Shown: positions 47,724 to 58,285 of the stretch, piece by piece
Position numbering within the stretch: position 1 is the first letter of the stretch
How the letters are laid out: each line of letters opens with the position of its first letter
Virus record (IMG/VR): IMGVR_UViG_3300013111_000325
Coordinates: 1-64,000 of that record
Source: a virus
DNA: 64,000 bases
Direction: 5' to 3' (one strand)
Program-made: the position numbers and the translations under genes
Notes under the pieces: generated by a model
The model's input: the letters and a program-made list of their open reading frames with translations, nothing else
Databases searched by the model: none
Told to the model about the DNA's origin: nothing

Positions 47724-47900
47724 ATGGCAAAAGCCAAAAAAACAGAAGTAAAGTCCGCAACTATTGAGGATGTAGCTCCAGCACCTAAGCCTGCTCCAGC
47801 ACCTAAGCCTGCTTCAAAAGTTGTGACTAATACAGAATGGTCAGAAAAAGGTTTCAAATCACCAGAAGCCTATGAAAAATATAAGAGTAAATTTAACTAA
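47724..47900 (+). CDS. Small protein with an APAPKP x2 repeat
   Basis: GGGAG RBS; 18-bp tandem repeat at 47775-47810. Confidence 0.55.
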   Translation: MAKAKKTEVKSATIEDVAPAPKPAPAPKPASKVVTNTEWSEKGFKSPEAYEKYKSKFN

Positions 47901-47911
47901 GAGGAGAAACT

Positions 47912-48205
47912 ATGTCTTGGGGAGTTATAGACAATAATGCAAGTAAACCTGCGTATCTAAGTTCAGATACTAATGCACCACAAGGAGATCAAAAAGATAA
48001 CTGCTTTGGTGTAAATGCAACCGAAGTTGCCGTTGCAACAGAAGACGGTAAAGGTTGTATTTCACAAGGTTTTGTTGCAAAAAGAACAAAAACACGATAT
48101 GCTGAAGGTACTTCAACGGCAACGACACACTCATACTTTGAACCATTAGTATGTGTTAATATTACAAGTGGAGACTTGGAAGACGATGTATTTCTTGATT
48201 CTTAA
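47912..48205 (+). CDS. Small putative virion protein
   Basis: GAGGAG RBS; MSWG...FGVNATE...DLEDD pattern. Confidence 0.55.
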   Translation: MSWGVIDNNASKPAYLSSDTNAPQGDQKDNCFGVNATEVAVATEDGKGCISQGFVAKRTKTRYAEGTSTATTHSYFEPLVCVNITSGDLEDDVFLDS

Positions 48206-48227
48206 TTTTTAACTTTATTATGGAGAC

Positions 48228-48506
48228 ATGATGAATGACAATATTTCGTTATTAAAAACGATTGAAAAAACCTATACAAATAATGAATTGATTGAAATTT
48301 TAGTTTATAAGAAGAACGAAGTTGATGCCTTATTTCAAGAACAGTCTTTGGAATTAGATCGCATTGGCCGTGAGAAAGATGAACTAAATAAATTAGAAGA
48401 AAATGTTCGTTATGAACTTAGTGGATTACATGGTGCTAGAACGGTTCTAGACCAACTTATAAACGACAATAGTGTGAAGACAAAACAAGAAAACGAGGAA
48501 CAGTAA
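48228..48506 (+). CDS. Coiled-coil hypothetical protein
   Basis: GGAG RBS; heptad pattern ending LHGARTVLDQL. Confidence 0.55.
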   Translation: MMNDNISLLKTIEKTYTNNELIEILVYKKNEVDALFQEQSLELDRIGREKDELNKLEENVRYELSGLHGARTVLDQLINDNSVKTKQENEEQ

Positions 48507-48576
48507 AACATCCCTTTTACTGTTCTTTTATAGTATGAACAGTCTTGGTTGAGTCCCAACACTCTTAGGAGTAACA

Positions 48577-49359
48577 ATGGCTGATAAGAAAATGACGGCC
48601 CTTACGGATCTGTCCACAGGTATCGCTTCCGCTGATATCTTACATGTGGTTGATGATCCTAGTGGCAGTCCAGTAAATAAAAGAGTTTCGGTTTTCAATT
48701 TGTTTGGAAACTTAAATCACGTAACCGACTCTGGTGATAGTTCTGGTAGAACTTTTGTTGCCGCAACTCAAAACGTAGGAAATGATGCCACATCTGGTGA
48801 TACAATTCCTTTAAGTTCGCATACAAATTTTATCAAAACATCGTCTAGTGCAAGAACAGTTCAATTTCTATATGGATCAAAATTCTCTGCAAACGTTCAG
48901 GGCGCTTATGCTAATGTAACCGGAGTTGTAGCAGGATCAATTATTCATGTAGACATTACTAATGGTGCGGCACCTAGTTCTATTAATACTGCATGGTCTT
49001 CAGGTACTGCAAGAGCATATGGTATGAAAATTCAATTTAGTGATTCTAATAGTACGACACGATCTATGAAACCTGATGCGTTTATCTGTTTAGATGATGA
49101 GCATGGCTCAACTGCAAATCGTTCACCTGGTGCTTATCCAGTTCAGTATTTGTTTGAGTTAGGTTCTAATGCATCTGGTTATGTATCTATGACTAATGCA
49201 GGAAATACCGAAGTGAATGCTCATCAGACAGGAAACAATAATATTATGGTTTCCGCTAATTGTGCTGATACAGCCGCCGATACCAGAGTAAGATGTAAAA
49301 TTAATGGTACCGATTATTGGTTACTAGCAACATCGAATACCACTATAGATAACGTATAA
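48577..49359 (+). CDS. Virion fibre-like protein
   Basis: N-terminal [10 protein letters not shown]...[15 protein letters not shown] module shared with the next gene. Confidence 0.65.
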   Translation: MADKKMTALTDLSTGIASADILHVVDDPSGSPVNKRVSVFNLFGNLNHVTDSGDSSGRTFVAATQNVGNDATSGDTIPLSSHTNFIKTSSSARTVQFLYGSKFSANVQGAYANVTGVVAGSIIHVDITNGAAPSSINTAWSSGTARAYGMKIQFSDSNSTTRSMKPDAFICLDDEHGSTANRSPGAYPVQYLFELGSNASGYVSMTNAGNTEVNAHQTGNNNIMVSANCADTAADTRVRCKINGTDYWLLATSNTTIDNV

Positions 49360-49385
49360 AGGTATTCGTATCATAAAGTAGGACT

Positions 49386-52300
49386 ATGGCAGATAAACGC
49401 ATATCAGGTCTTACTGCAATGACCACTATCAGCAAGGATGATATCCTGCTGGTAGTGGATGATCCTGCAGGAACACCTACAAATAAAAAAGTCTCAATTG
49501 AAAAATTCTTTGCTAATGTAGAACCTCAAATAGTTTTTGCTAATGTTACGGCGGCTTCAAATTCAACTGCTAGTAGTGTGACATTTAGAGGTGGAATAGG
49601 CGTTTCTAAAAATATAATAGTTGATGGTAACGTAACAGTAAATGGTGTTTTTACATTAGCTGGAAATGGAGCAATTACAAATCTTAGTTCAGATATAACT
49701 CCAGATACGACAATTACATATGACTTAGGTAATTCTATTGCATCATGGAAAGATGTGTATGTTCAAAAAATTGTTGGACATTCTGGTGCAATTGAGGTGG
49801 ATGCTAATGCGACATTTTCGGCAAATTTGACAACGACAGGAGCAAATGTATATGTCAATGGAACAGATTTAACAGTTGATGCAAATACAACATTTAAAGC
49901 AAATTTAATAGTACATTCTGATACAACAAATACTGTAATAAATTCTGGCAATACGCATATAACAAGTAATACTTTACTTGCAGGAACAAATACAGTCATA
50001 TCATCGAATCTCTCATCGTCTGCCAATTTAACACAAACTGGTATTTTGAGTTTGTTTAATGGGGCAAATTTAACTTCAAATGCTAATGCGACATTTTTTG
50101 GAAATGTGTCTCTTGGTGTCACATCTGGTGGAGGTAATCCAAAAGGCACAGATACGGTATTATTAAAAATTGATGCTGGAAATACATTTTCATCTTCTAA
50201 TACTACTTTAGAGGGTACTAATACTGTCATATCTTCAAACGTCACGATGAGTGGTGCAAATGTTAATATCACAGGTTCAAATAATTATATTACTGCTAAT
50301 ACCACATTAACCGCAAATCTTAATATAACAGGTGCGAATGTTTATATATCTCCTACTGGAGTTGCAAATGTTTATATAAAAGGTAATATAACAACAACGG
50401 GTAATACTGCACTTGGAGACGATTTATCAGTTGCTGGTAATGTAAATGTTACAGATACTACAGATTCAGAAACTAATACAACAGGATCAATTGTTACTGC
50501 AGGTGGTGTTGGAATTGCAAAAAGTTTATGGGTTGGAGAAAATGTAAATATTCATGGAAACCTTCATGCTAATGGTAATATAACTGCTGATGGTGGAACT
50601 ATTACTTTAGGAAGTGATGACACAGATACCGTTTCTTTTGGTGCAGATGTGGGTTCTCATATTATTCCTGACACAGATTCGACATATGATTTAGGTACTA
50701 CCGCAAAACGATTTAGAAACATTTGGCTTGATGATGCGGTTGCCACAGGAAATGTAAATGCAAGTGGTGATATAACTGCTACTGGAAATGTATCTGGATT
50801 ATTTGGTAATTTTACTGATAATGTAAAAATATCTACAGACAAATCTTTACAATTAAGAGATGATACAGAATATATTCATTCAAATGCTGATGGTGAAATT
50901 TCAGTTATATCTGGATCTAAAGTCACAATTACAACAACATCATTGAACACATCTGCAAATACGACACTTGCAGGTGAAACTGCAAACGTTACTGCAAATC
51001 TTTTTATTTCTGGAGCGAACACTAAAATTAGTTCCGCCAATACTACATTAGATGGTACAAAAACTACAATTGAAGGAGACGATTTAGTAGTCACTGCAAA
51101 TACAGCATTGCCAGCGTTTACATCAAATACTATATTAGTAACGACATCTGCGAATACAAATCTTGATGGTTCAGTAAATATCTCAGGTAATGTTGAAATG
51201 TTACATACTGTAAATGTAGCGGCTAATACATTTATTGGTGGACATGCAAATGTAAGAGGCACAAGTGAAGTTGCCGGTAATGTTGTCATGGGATCCACGA
51301 GTGCAGGTTCAAAAGTTACTATTCACGCTAATAATAATTTAATTATTAATTCGAATAATGAAAATGAATTTATTAAACTTGACACAAAGAGAACTGAATT
51401 ATATTCGAATGTAAACTTAGATATTGCTAAACATATACTCGCTGGAAATGGTGTATATGTTCAGGATGGCACTTCTGTTGTTTTTGGTGGTCAATTGTCA
51501 ATAAATGACACAATATCAACTGAAGGCTTGTTGTTATTAGAAGATGGTACTGCATATGATAGTGGAACTGATGATGGCGCCTTTATATTAGAAGATGGTG
51601 GTACTGATAGAATAGGAAGTAATTCTACAGGAATGATTATTGGCGGAGATATGATACTTGACAATTCAGAAATATCTTCTGCTAATGGTGTTATAAGTCT
51701 TGGAACTTATAATGGTCTTGCAAATGGTGTTATTAGAGTAAGTGATGCATATAATTTACCAAATACTGCAGGTGCTAATGGTCAATTTTTAAGATTGTTA
51801 CATGGTAATATTGTGTTCTCATCTGGCTCAGGTACAAATATGACTGATCTACATCAAGATTTAACACCACAATTAGGCGGTAAGTTAGATACTGATGACT
51901 ATATCATTACAAATGATGCACAAGCAAATGTAGTTATTCATGGAAATACAAGTGTATCATCAAGTGCAGGGGTTAAATTAGGAAGTCATCCTACTCTTTA
52001 TACTTTTGTAAAAGACACTAATGGTAGATTAGGTGTTAATACCATAGATCCAGGCCATTCTCTTGAAGTTATTGGTACTTTTAGAGCCTCCAATGATGGA
52101 GAGTTCAGTGAAGATTTAGATATAACATCACATAATGGAATAGATATAGGTTTAAAATTGGCTGGTACTCTTATTACATCTACCGCAGCCGAAATTAATA
52201 CACTAGATGGTTTTACAGGTGATGTAGCAGATCTTAATAAATTATCAGGAACTTCTGATACACTAGCCCCTGCTGACCTTAATGCAGTAGAAAATTTTGA

Positions 52301-53177
52301 AGAAACTGTTAGTGCAAGTTATGATACTGAAACGAGTATTGGTACATTAACTGTTAACGATGGTAATATTAGTCTTGATGTTGCTAGTCACGATCATGCT
52401 ACTTATGGTTTAAAATTAGGAGGCTCACTTGTAACATCATCTGCTGATGAGTTGAATATACTCGATGGATGTTTAGCAGATGTAACCGAATTAAATAGAT
52501 TACAAATTGTTAGCTTAGGACAAACCCAGGTTTCGAGATTTTTACACACAGATGATGAAAATAGAGTTGATTTTACTGCACTTGACGAAACAAAACCTGG
52601 ACAGATTACGGTAGCAAATGTAGTTGTAACTGGTACCACGACATCCTCTTCAAATACAACAGGAGCTTTAAAAGTAACTGGTGGTGCAGGAATTGCAAAG
52701 AGTGTAAACATTGGTCAAAAATTAACAGTTTATGGTAATACAACTTTCAATTCAAATGTCACAATTGCCGCAAGTGTTACTGATAACAGAATATTTTATG
52801 ATAATACGACTGATGATTTAAACTTAAAATTAAGAGTTGTCAGTTTTGGAACAACAAGTACGACTACAACTGATATTGGTGAGGATGCAAATAATGTTCT
52901 TGTTTTTGGAAATGGAGTTGCACCTTCAACAGTTCCTGAAGGACAAGCATATCTATATGCCAGAAATGTATCCGGAGGTGCGGATGATGGACTAACTCAC
53001 TTATTCACAAAAGATGAAGGTGGCAATGAAACTCAATTAGGACCGCATAATAAAGATAACGAATGGGAGTTTTATTCACGCAATACTAAAACTGGTAAAG
53101 TTACAAGAATAAATATGGAACGAATGATACGTAAATTAGAAGAATTTACAGGAGAAACTTTTATTGAAAATGAATAA
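49386..53177 (+). CDS. Long fibre/adhesin-like virion protein
   Basis: Same N-terminal module; N/T/G-rich beta repeats; repeated GGVGIAKS; YDLG...F/W motifs. Confidence 0.75.
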   Translation: MADKRISGLTAMTTISKDDILLVVDDPAGTPTNKKVSIEKFFANVEPQIVFANVTAASNSTASSVTFRGGIGVSKNIIVDGNVTVNGVFTLAGNGAITNLSSDITPDTTITYDLGNSIASWKDVYVQKIVGHSGAIEVDANATFSANLTTTGANVYVNGTDLTVDANTTFKANLIVHSDTTNTVINSGNTHITSNTLLAGTNTVISSNLSSSANLTQTGILSLFNGANLTSNANATFFGNVSLGVTSGGGNPKGTDTVLLKIDAGNTFSSSNTTLEGTNTVISSNVTMSGANVNITGSNNYITANTTLTANLNITGANVYISPTGVANVYIKGNITTTGNTALGDDLSVAGNVNVTDTTDSETNTTGSIVTAGGVGIAKSLWVGENVNIHGNLHANGNITADGGTITLGSDDTDTVSFGADVGSHIIPDTDSTYDLGTTAKRFRNIWLDDAVATGNVNASGDITATGNVSGLFGNFTDNVKISTDKSLQLRDDTEYIHSNADGEISVISGSKVTITTTSLNTSANTTLAGETANVTANLFISGANTKISSANTTLDGTKTTIEGDDLVVTANTALPAFTSNTILVTTSANTNLDGSVNISGNVEMLHTVNVAANTFIGGHANVRGTSEVAGNVVMGSTSAGSKVTIHANNNLIINSNNENEFIKLDTKRTELYSNVNLDIAKHILAGNGVYVQDGTSVVFGGQLSINDTISTEGLLLLEDGTAYDSGTDDGAFILEDGGTDRIGSNSTGMIIGGDMILDNSEISSANGVISLGTYNGLANGVIRVSDAYNLPNTAGANGQFLRLLHGNIVFSSGSGTNMTDLHQDLTPQLGGKLDTDDYIITNDAQANVVIHGNTSVSSSAGVKLGSHPTLYTFVKDTNGRLGVNTIDPGHSLEVIGTFRASNDGEFSEDLDITSHNGIDIGLKLAGTLITSTAAEINTLDGFTGDVADLNKLSGTSDTLAPADLNAVENFEETVSASYDTETSIGTLTVNDGNISLDVASHDHATYGLKLGGSLVTSSADELNILDGCLADVTELNRLQIVSLGQTQVSRFLHTDDENRVDFTALDETKPGQITVANVVVTGTTTSSSNTTGALKVTGGAGIAKSVNIGQKLTVYGNTTFNSNVTIAASVTDNRIFYDNTTDDLNLKLRVVSFGTTSTTTTDIGEDANNVLVFGNGVAPSTVPEGQAYLYARNVSGGADDGLTHLFTKDEGGNETQLGPHNKDNEWEFYSRNTKTGKVTRINMERMIRKLEEFTGETFIENE

Positions 53178-53188
53178 TATGGAGCATT

Positions 53189-53386
53189 ATGGATAAAGAG
53201 CATGTTGAAAATGAAGTTGAAAGATTGACAAAAGATAAAATTCAAATTGAAACATCGATTGTCACATATGAGAAAGAATTGGCGAAGTTAAAGGCACAGA
53301 ATGATATGTTAACAGGTGCCTTACAAACTTGTAATTATTTTTTATCTCAATATGAAGAAGTAAAAGAAGAAACTGATAGTGTTTGA
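53189..53386 (+). CDS. Small coiled-coil protein
   Basis: GGAG RBS; LTGALQTCNYFL resembles the end of 48228. Confidence 0.55.
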   Translation: MDKEHVENEVERLTKDKIQIETSIVTYEKELAKLKAQNDMLTGALQTCNYFLSQYEEVKEETDSV

Positions 53387-53768
53387 AAATTTAAATGAAG
53401 ATAATTTTATATTATATGCGATGAAATATTATGAAAATACACAATGTTTAAGCGAGGTGGAATTTCATAATGATTTAAAAATTATAAAATATATTAAAAG
53501 ATTATTGAATAGATATTCGAAGACAGGTAAGATAAAGGAAAGATTAATGCTTAATCATTTAATTATGCTATCAAATGTTTTTCCTATTCCAGTGTTGGTA
53601 AGAATATTATTTTTGAAGATACCTGAAGATTATTGGAAAGAATTGAAAACGTTTTTGATTTTTTTGAAATATATGCCAGAAGTGATTTCAAGTATTAATC
53701 AAAGAACTATTATTAGTTCAGATATAGGTGTTGATTTGTACATAGCAGAGAAACTAAGGAAAATTTAA
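53379..53768 (+). CDS. Conserved T4-like hypothetical protein
   Basis: FILYAMKYY..., KYIKRLLNRY and ERLMLNHLI motifs. Confidence 0.7.
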   Translation: MFENLNEDNFILYAMKYYENTQCLSEVEFHNDLKIIKYIKRLLNRYSKTGKIKERLMLNHLIMLSNVFPIPVLVRILFLKIPEDYWKELKTFLIFLKYMPEVISSINQRTIISSDIGVDLYIAEKLRKI

Positions 53769-54514
53769 TGTCTCTATTAAAGTCAGCAGGAAACATATAT
53801 TTTGCTTATCAATTTTTAACGAAATTGACAACTCCATTTGAAAAGACCGAGGCATATAAATTAGGTATAATAGATGAAAAAGGCAAAGTTTTAAAGAAAC
53901 GAAGCAAACTCAAAAGTCAAGAAGAGAGAGATGCATACACGATAACAGATACTATGATCTTTAATCTTAAAAAACTATTAGGTAAAGTGCCTGGTGGTAA
54001 AACAAGGTTTGCAACATTTGCCGCCGCATTATTTTTACTTAAAGAAGATTTAACTTATAGACATTATCAAGATCAGAGTTTTTTACAAGAAGAATTTTTC
54101 AAGTTTATGAAAACAGATGAAAAAAATGTACAAATGGTGAGAGAACAGATTACATTAAGAGAAAAATATCTTGAAGAGTTAGATGCAGGCAGTGGTAATA
54201 TAGCAAGTATTGGTGTAGGACCAGATGGTGAACCTCCAGGTATTACGGCGGCACAAAAAAAGAAAAAAAGAGAAAAATTTGCAGGGGCAGAGGTTTTCAC
54301 AGTTGACCCAAATGTATTCATGAAAGCAAGATTTGGTAAAAAGAAATATGCAAAATATGAGAATTATGTAGGTAATGATGAAGTAGGTGAAGAGATAAGA
54401 CAATACGGTAGAGCAAATCCAAGTAAACCTATCATAATTAAAGATAGTTTAACTGGGGCCATGCTTTATCTTAAATACGGAAAAGATAATGCAAGGATTC
54501 AAAACTTTTATTAA
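53768..54514 (+). CDS. Conserved T4-like hypothetical protein
   Basis: LTTPFEKTEAYKLGIIDEKG and FAAALFLLKE motifs; second module after LEE. Confidence 0.7.
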   Translation: MSLLKSAGNIYFAYQFLTKLTTPFEKTEAYKLGIIDEKGKVLKKRSKLKSQEERDAYTITDTMIFNLKKLLGKVPGGKTRFATFAAALFLLKEDLTYRHYQDQSFLQEEFFKFMKTDEKNVQMVREQITLREKYLEELDAGSGNIASIGVGPDGEPPGITAAQKKKKREKFAGAEVFTVDPNVFMKARFGKKKYAKYENYVGNDEVGEEIRQYGRANPSKPIIIKDSLTGAMLYLKYGKDNARIQNFY

Positions 54515-54716
54515 AAACAGTAAAAAAAGAACAGTTGGCAATTCAACTTTGGAATACTCTACTGGTGCTTTACCGCCAATAGACGGAAAATGTCCAGACG
54601 GATTTACTATGCACAATGAATTAGGAGGTTGTGTGCCAGCAGGACCAGAATTGCATGATATGAGTATGCCTGAAGTAGGTGACTCATATCCTGCTGGGAC
54701 CCCGAAAAATGTTTAG
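54489..54716 (+). CDS. Hypothetical protein
   Basis: Leader MQGFKTFI; CPDG...CVP. Confidence 0.5.
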   Translation: MQGFKTFIKNSKKRTVGNSTLEYSTGALPPIDGKCPDGFTMHNELGGCVPAGPELHDMSMPEVGDSYPAGTPKNV

Positions 54717-54723
54717 GAGTTAA

Positions 54724-55659
54724 ATGGCAGTTATAAGACAAAATTTAGAATTATTATCACCTGACGAAGGTGATGCTGATGGTTCTAGACAAAATAAAAT
54801 TACGTTCTATGGTTTTAAAAGTGGTGATGCCGATTTCAATGATGTCACAAGTGGTATTGGGCCTACAACTCAAGCAACAGGAACTGGATTAAACGATGCA
54901 ACATTTGGAGGATCTTATACGGGCAGTTCGACAAAAACTTATCAAGTAAAAATTACAGCCGTTGGAACTCCAGATTCTTTTCAATATAGTGATGACGGAG
55001 GATCTACTTTTAATGGGGTAAACATAGAGATAAGAAGTGATGGTGTTCAAGCATTAGCCGAGGGTGTTACAATTATTTTTGGAGCAACAACAGGACATAC
55101 GTTAAATGATGTATGGGAATCAACAGTTATTGTTCCTCTCACAACTTTAACTGCTCCACACAAAATGGCTGAAATTGAAGTAAATCATCCAGGAACAAGT
55201 GCCGATGTAAAAGGTAGATTGATTTTACGGTCAAATGATGGCGGACAGATAGGAAGTGTGTCAATTCATGCCGCCGTTGGATCTCCAGCAACTGGAGATA
55301 TTACAACAAGTGGCGATTATACAGGAGGTCCATCACCTGTCACTTATTATATCAAAACAACAGATATAACATCCACACCTCACAAGTGGGCATGGAGCAC
55401 AAATAATTTAAATTATAGTGATGATATTGACATGGCAACAAGTGCTACGGCTGTAGAAAAAGGTATATCTATTGCATGGACAGGAACAACTGCAGGTGAT
55501 GCTGTTGGTGATATTTATAAGTTTTCAGTTGGGCAAGATAACGTGCAATTACATGCAAATGGAGACATGGTCGTTTCTGATAAAGTAGTTTCAGAAGGTG
55601 GTCATTATGTGCCTAAAATTTTCGATGTGAGTGGAACTCTACTTAATACATATTCGTAA
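54724..55659 (+). CDS. Virion structural protein with two repeated beta modules
   Basis: GSYTG...Y.VKI...F.YS...GVTIIF and GDYTG...YYIK...WAWS...GISIAW internal repeat. Confidence 0.6.
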   Translation: MAVIRQNLELLSPDEGDADGSRQNKITFYGFKSGDADFNDVTSGIGPTTQATGTGLNDATFGGSYTGSSTKTYQVKITAVGTPDSFQYSDDGGSTFNGVNIEIRSDGVQALAEGVTIIFGATTGHTLNDVWESTVIVPLTTLTAPHKMAEIEVNHPGTSADVKGRLILRSNDGGQIGSVSIHAAVGSPATGDITTSGDYTGGPSPVTYYIKTTDITSTPHKWAWSTNNLNYSDDIDMATSATAVEKGISIAWTGTTAGDAVGDIYKFSVGQDNVQLHANGDMVVSDKVVSEGGHYVPKIFDVSGTLLNTYS

Positions 55660-55689
55660 TGACTGATTTTAAACAGAATGGAGAAATAA

Positions 55690-56043
55690 ATGTCTGAAAG
55701 AGGTATTAAAGAAACAAAAGAAGTTTTGGCTTTTGTTTTCAGTCTTGGTAATGCGATAAAAGTTAGTTTGTCTGATGGAGATTTTGATTTTTGGGATGCC
55801 AAAAATTTTGTAGAGCCTTTAAAAAAAATTGCTCCTGCAGTAGAAAATATTGATGAAGTTCTTCCAGAATTAGAAGATTTGTCCTTGGATGAGGTTATGG
55901 AATTAACTAAATATTCTATGACAGAGTTGGGTTTAGGGGGAAATATCGATATAGATGCTGAGGTCGAAGCCGCCGCAGAAACAGTACAAAATGCTATTAC
56001 CATGGGTAAAAGTTTATTAAAAATAGTCAATGGCATCGGATAA
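55690..56043 (+). CDS. Hypothetical protein
   Basis: GGAG RBS; helical and acidic. Confidence 0.6.
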   Translation: MSERGIKETKEVLAFVFSLGNAIKVSLSDGDFDFWDAKNFVEPLKKIAPAVENIDEVLPELEDLSLDEVMELTKYSMTELGLGGNIDIDAEVEAAAETVQNAITMGKSLLKIVNGIG

Positions 56044-56046
56044 TTA

Positions 56047-56256
56047 ATGGAACACGAGAATTTGGTACAAATGATTATAACGCCTATGATAGTGGCTATC
56101 ATTGCTATGATAGGTTGGAGTCTTGCTTCTGTTATAGAATTAAAAGAAGAAGTGGCTCAGGTTAAATCAGAAGTAAAATATATTTCAAAGCAAGTTGATT
56201 TGTTGCGAGATCAGCTTGCTTTGGTATATGATGTGGAAATGTATGCAAAACAATGA
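56047..56256 (+). CDS. Single-TM protein with coiled coil
   Basis: IITPMIVAIIAMIGWSLASV hydrophobic segment. Confidence 0.55.
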   Translation: MEHENLVQMIITPMIVAIIAMIGWSLASVIELKEEVAQVKSEVKYISKQVDLLRDQLALVYDVEMYAKQ

Positions 56257-56389
56257 TCTTGTGAAATTAGCACTATCTCTTAAAAAAAAGACAAAGACAA
56301 GAGATCTGGTTCCTCTTTATGAATTTGCTAAAAAAAATAATATAAAAGAAGAAGAACTTATAACTGTAATCAAACAGGTTGGGATATAA
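56243..56389 (+). CDS. Small hypothetical protein
   Basis: Fills the gap before the primase promoter. Confidence 0.4.
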   Translation: MQNNDLVKLALSLKKKTKTRDLVPLYEFAKKNNIKEEELITVIKQVGI

Positions 56390-56390
56390 T

Positions 56391-56419
56391 TTGACATTTT
56401 GAACTTTTTGTTATATAAT
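56391..56419 (+). promoter_or_regulatory. sigma70 promoter for the primase-thyX-nrdJ block
   Basis: TTGACA-17-TATAAT, perfect consensus. Confidence 0.85.
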
Positions 56420-56450
56420 ATAGTTATTTTCAACCCTTTCATTTTATATT

Positions 56451-57464
56451 ATGAGTATCTACATTGATCAAAAATTCATCAATTTACTCTCAGGACAATT
56501 AGAACGATTTACACGCAAAAGAGATGATCTGTATAATTTCAGATGTCCTATCTGTGGTGATTCACAAAAGAAAAAACATAAAGCGAGAGGCTATGTCTAT
56601 CGTAAAGAAAATCTTTTGTTTTATCGATGTCATAATTGTTCTGCGAGTATGAGTCTTGCCAATCTTATCAAGCAAATAAATCCTACCTTACATAAACAAT
56701 ATGTTCTTGAAAGTTATACAAATAATGCTTCTACGTTTTCTCCAGTAGAAAAACCTGAATTCAAGTTTGAGCCACCTAAATTTTCTGATAGTCTTTCACC
56801 TTTACAAAAATTGAAGTCAATCAATTTACTTAATGACGAGCATTATTGTAAAGAGTATGTGAATAAGAGAGGCATACCGAAAGAGCATCATAGAAATTTA
56901 TTCTATACAGAAAATTTTAAGACTTTTGTTCAAGGTCTTGAAATCTCCGATGTTGATATATATAAGCATCTTTATGAAGAGCCGAGGTTAGTGATTCCTT
57001 TCTTTGATAAATCACGGAAGATGTTTGCCGTTCAAGGACGAGCCCTAGGTCAATCGGACCTGAGATATATTACTGTAAGAATTGATGAACAATACCCTAA
57101 AATATATGGTCTTGATAGAGTTGATATAAGTAAGCCAATTTATGTAGTCGAAGGTCCGATTGACTCCTTGTTCATAGATAATTGTATTGCGGTTGCAGGT
57201 GGTGATTTAGTTTCAGCAATAAAACATTTCATTAATCAAGAACTGATATTTGTTTACGATAATGAAAGAAGAAATCGTGAGACAATCAAAAAGATGGAAG
57301 CAACAATTGAGAGACACCATAAAATAGTAATTTGGCCTCGGTACATAGAGCATAAAGATATTAATGATATGATTTTGAGTGGAATAGATGTTATAAATGA
57401 GTTAAAAAATAATGTCTATTCTGGTCTAATTGCGAAAACAAAAATGTTGGAATTTAAAATATGA
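56451..57464 (+). CDS. gp61: DNA primase gp61
   Basis: CPICGDS...CHNC zinc finger; VVEGPIDSLF TOPRIM; KDINDM. Confidence 0.96.
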   Translation: MSIYIDQKFINLLSGQLERFTRKRDDLYNFRCPICGDSQKKKHKARGYVYRKENLLFYRCHNCSASMSLANLIKQINPTLHKQYVLESYTNNASTFSPVEKPEFKFEPPKFSDSLSPLQKLKSINLLNDEHYCKEYVNKRGIPKEHHRNLFYTENFKTFVQGLEISDVDIYKHLYEEPRLVIPFFDKSRKMFAVQGRALGQSDLRYITVRIDEQYPKIYGLDRVDISKPIYVVEGPIDSLFIDNCIAVAGGDLVSAIKHFINQELIFVYDNERRNRETIKKMEATIERHHKIVIWPRYIEHKDINDMILSGIDVINELKNNVYSGLIAKTKMLEFKI

Positions 57465-58276
57465 AAATACATAAGCATGGTTTTGTGAAGTTATTAGAAG
57501 TGATGGGTAATGATGAGGAAGTTGAAAATGCCGCCCGAATTAGTTACGGTGAAGGTACACGGAAGGTTAACCAAACAAGAAACCTAATTCGTTATTTGAT
57601 GAGACACAAACATACATCACCATTTGAGATGTGCGAAGTGAAGTTTCATATTAAACTACCAATATTCGTGATGAGACAACTTGTTAGACATAGGACTGCT
57701 AACATAAACGAATACTCTGGTCGGTACTCATTAATGAGTGATGAATTTTATTTGCCTGCTGAAGCCGATGTACAAGAACAATCAGAAACAAACAATCAAG
57801 GTCGTGGTCAAGATTTGGATCAAGAAAATAAAATTCTTGTTTTAAGTCGCATGGTTGCAACTACCGATCAGGCAAAAGAGTGTTATAGACAAATTGCTAA
57901 CCCTACTCTTCTAGATGGATTTTATGAAGGGTTTAAGGGTATTGCAAGAGAAATTGCAAGAACAGTTTTACCAGTTTCAAATTACACCGAGTGTATTTGG
58001 AAAATAGATTTACATAACTTTTTTCATTTTGCAAAATTACGTATGGATGCTCACGCACAAAAAGAGATACAAGATTACGCAAGTGCAATGTATGAATTGG
58101 TAAAACCACATTTTCCTATTTGTTGTGAAGCCTTTGAAGACTATATTTTAAACTCAAAGACATTTTCCGCCAAAGAGATGAGGATTATCAAAGAGAATCT
58201 AAATGGAAGTTGGGTAATGGCAAAATATGGTCTATCAGAACGAGAATCAAAAGAATTTTTAGAAAAATTAAAATAA
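57461..58276 (+). CDS. thyX: Flavin-dependent thymidylate synthase
   Basis: HTSPFE and RHRTANINEYSGRY signature. Confidence 0.97.
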   Translation: MKIHKHGFVKLLEVMGNDEEVENAARISYGEGTRKVNQTRNLIRYLMRHKHTSPFEMCEVKFHIKLPIFVMRQLVRHRTANINEYSGRYSLMSDEFYLPAEADVQEQSETNNQGRGQDLDQENKILVLSRMVATTDQAKECYRQIANPTLLDGFYEGFKGIAREIARTVLPVSNYTECIWKIDLHNFFHFAKLRMDAHAQKEIQDYASAMYELVKPHFPICCEAFEDYILNSKTFSAKEMRIIKENLNGSWVMAKYGLSERESKEFLEKLK

Positions 58277-58285
58277 GGAGCAAAA

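Noticed and set aside
55690-56389. Holin/spanin lysis cassette
   Set aside because: Only one clear TM segment, no lipobox, and the endolysin-like gene is about 23 kb away; evidence is insufficient
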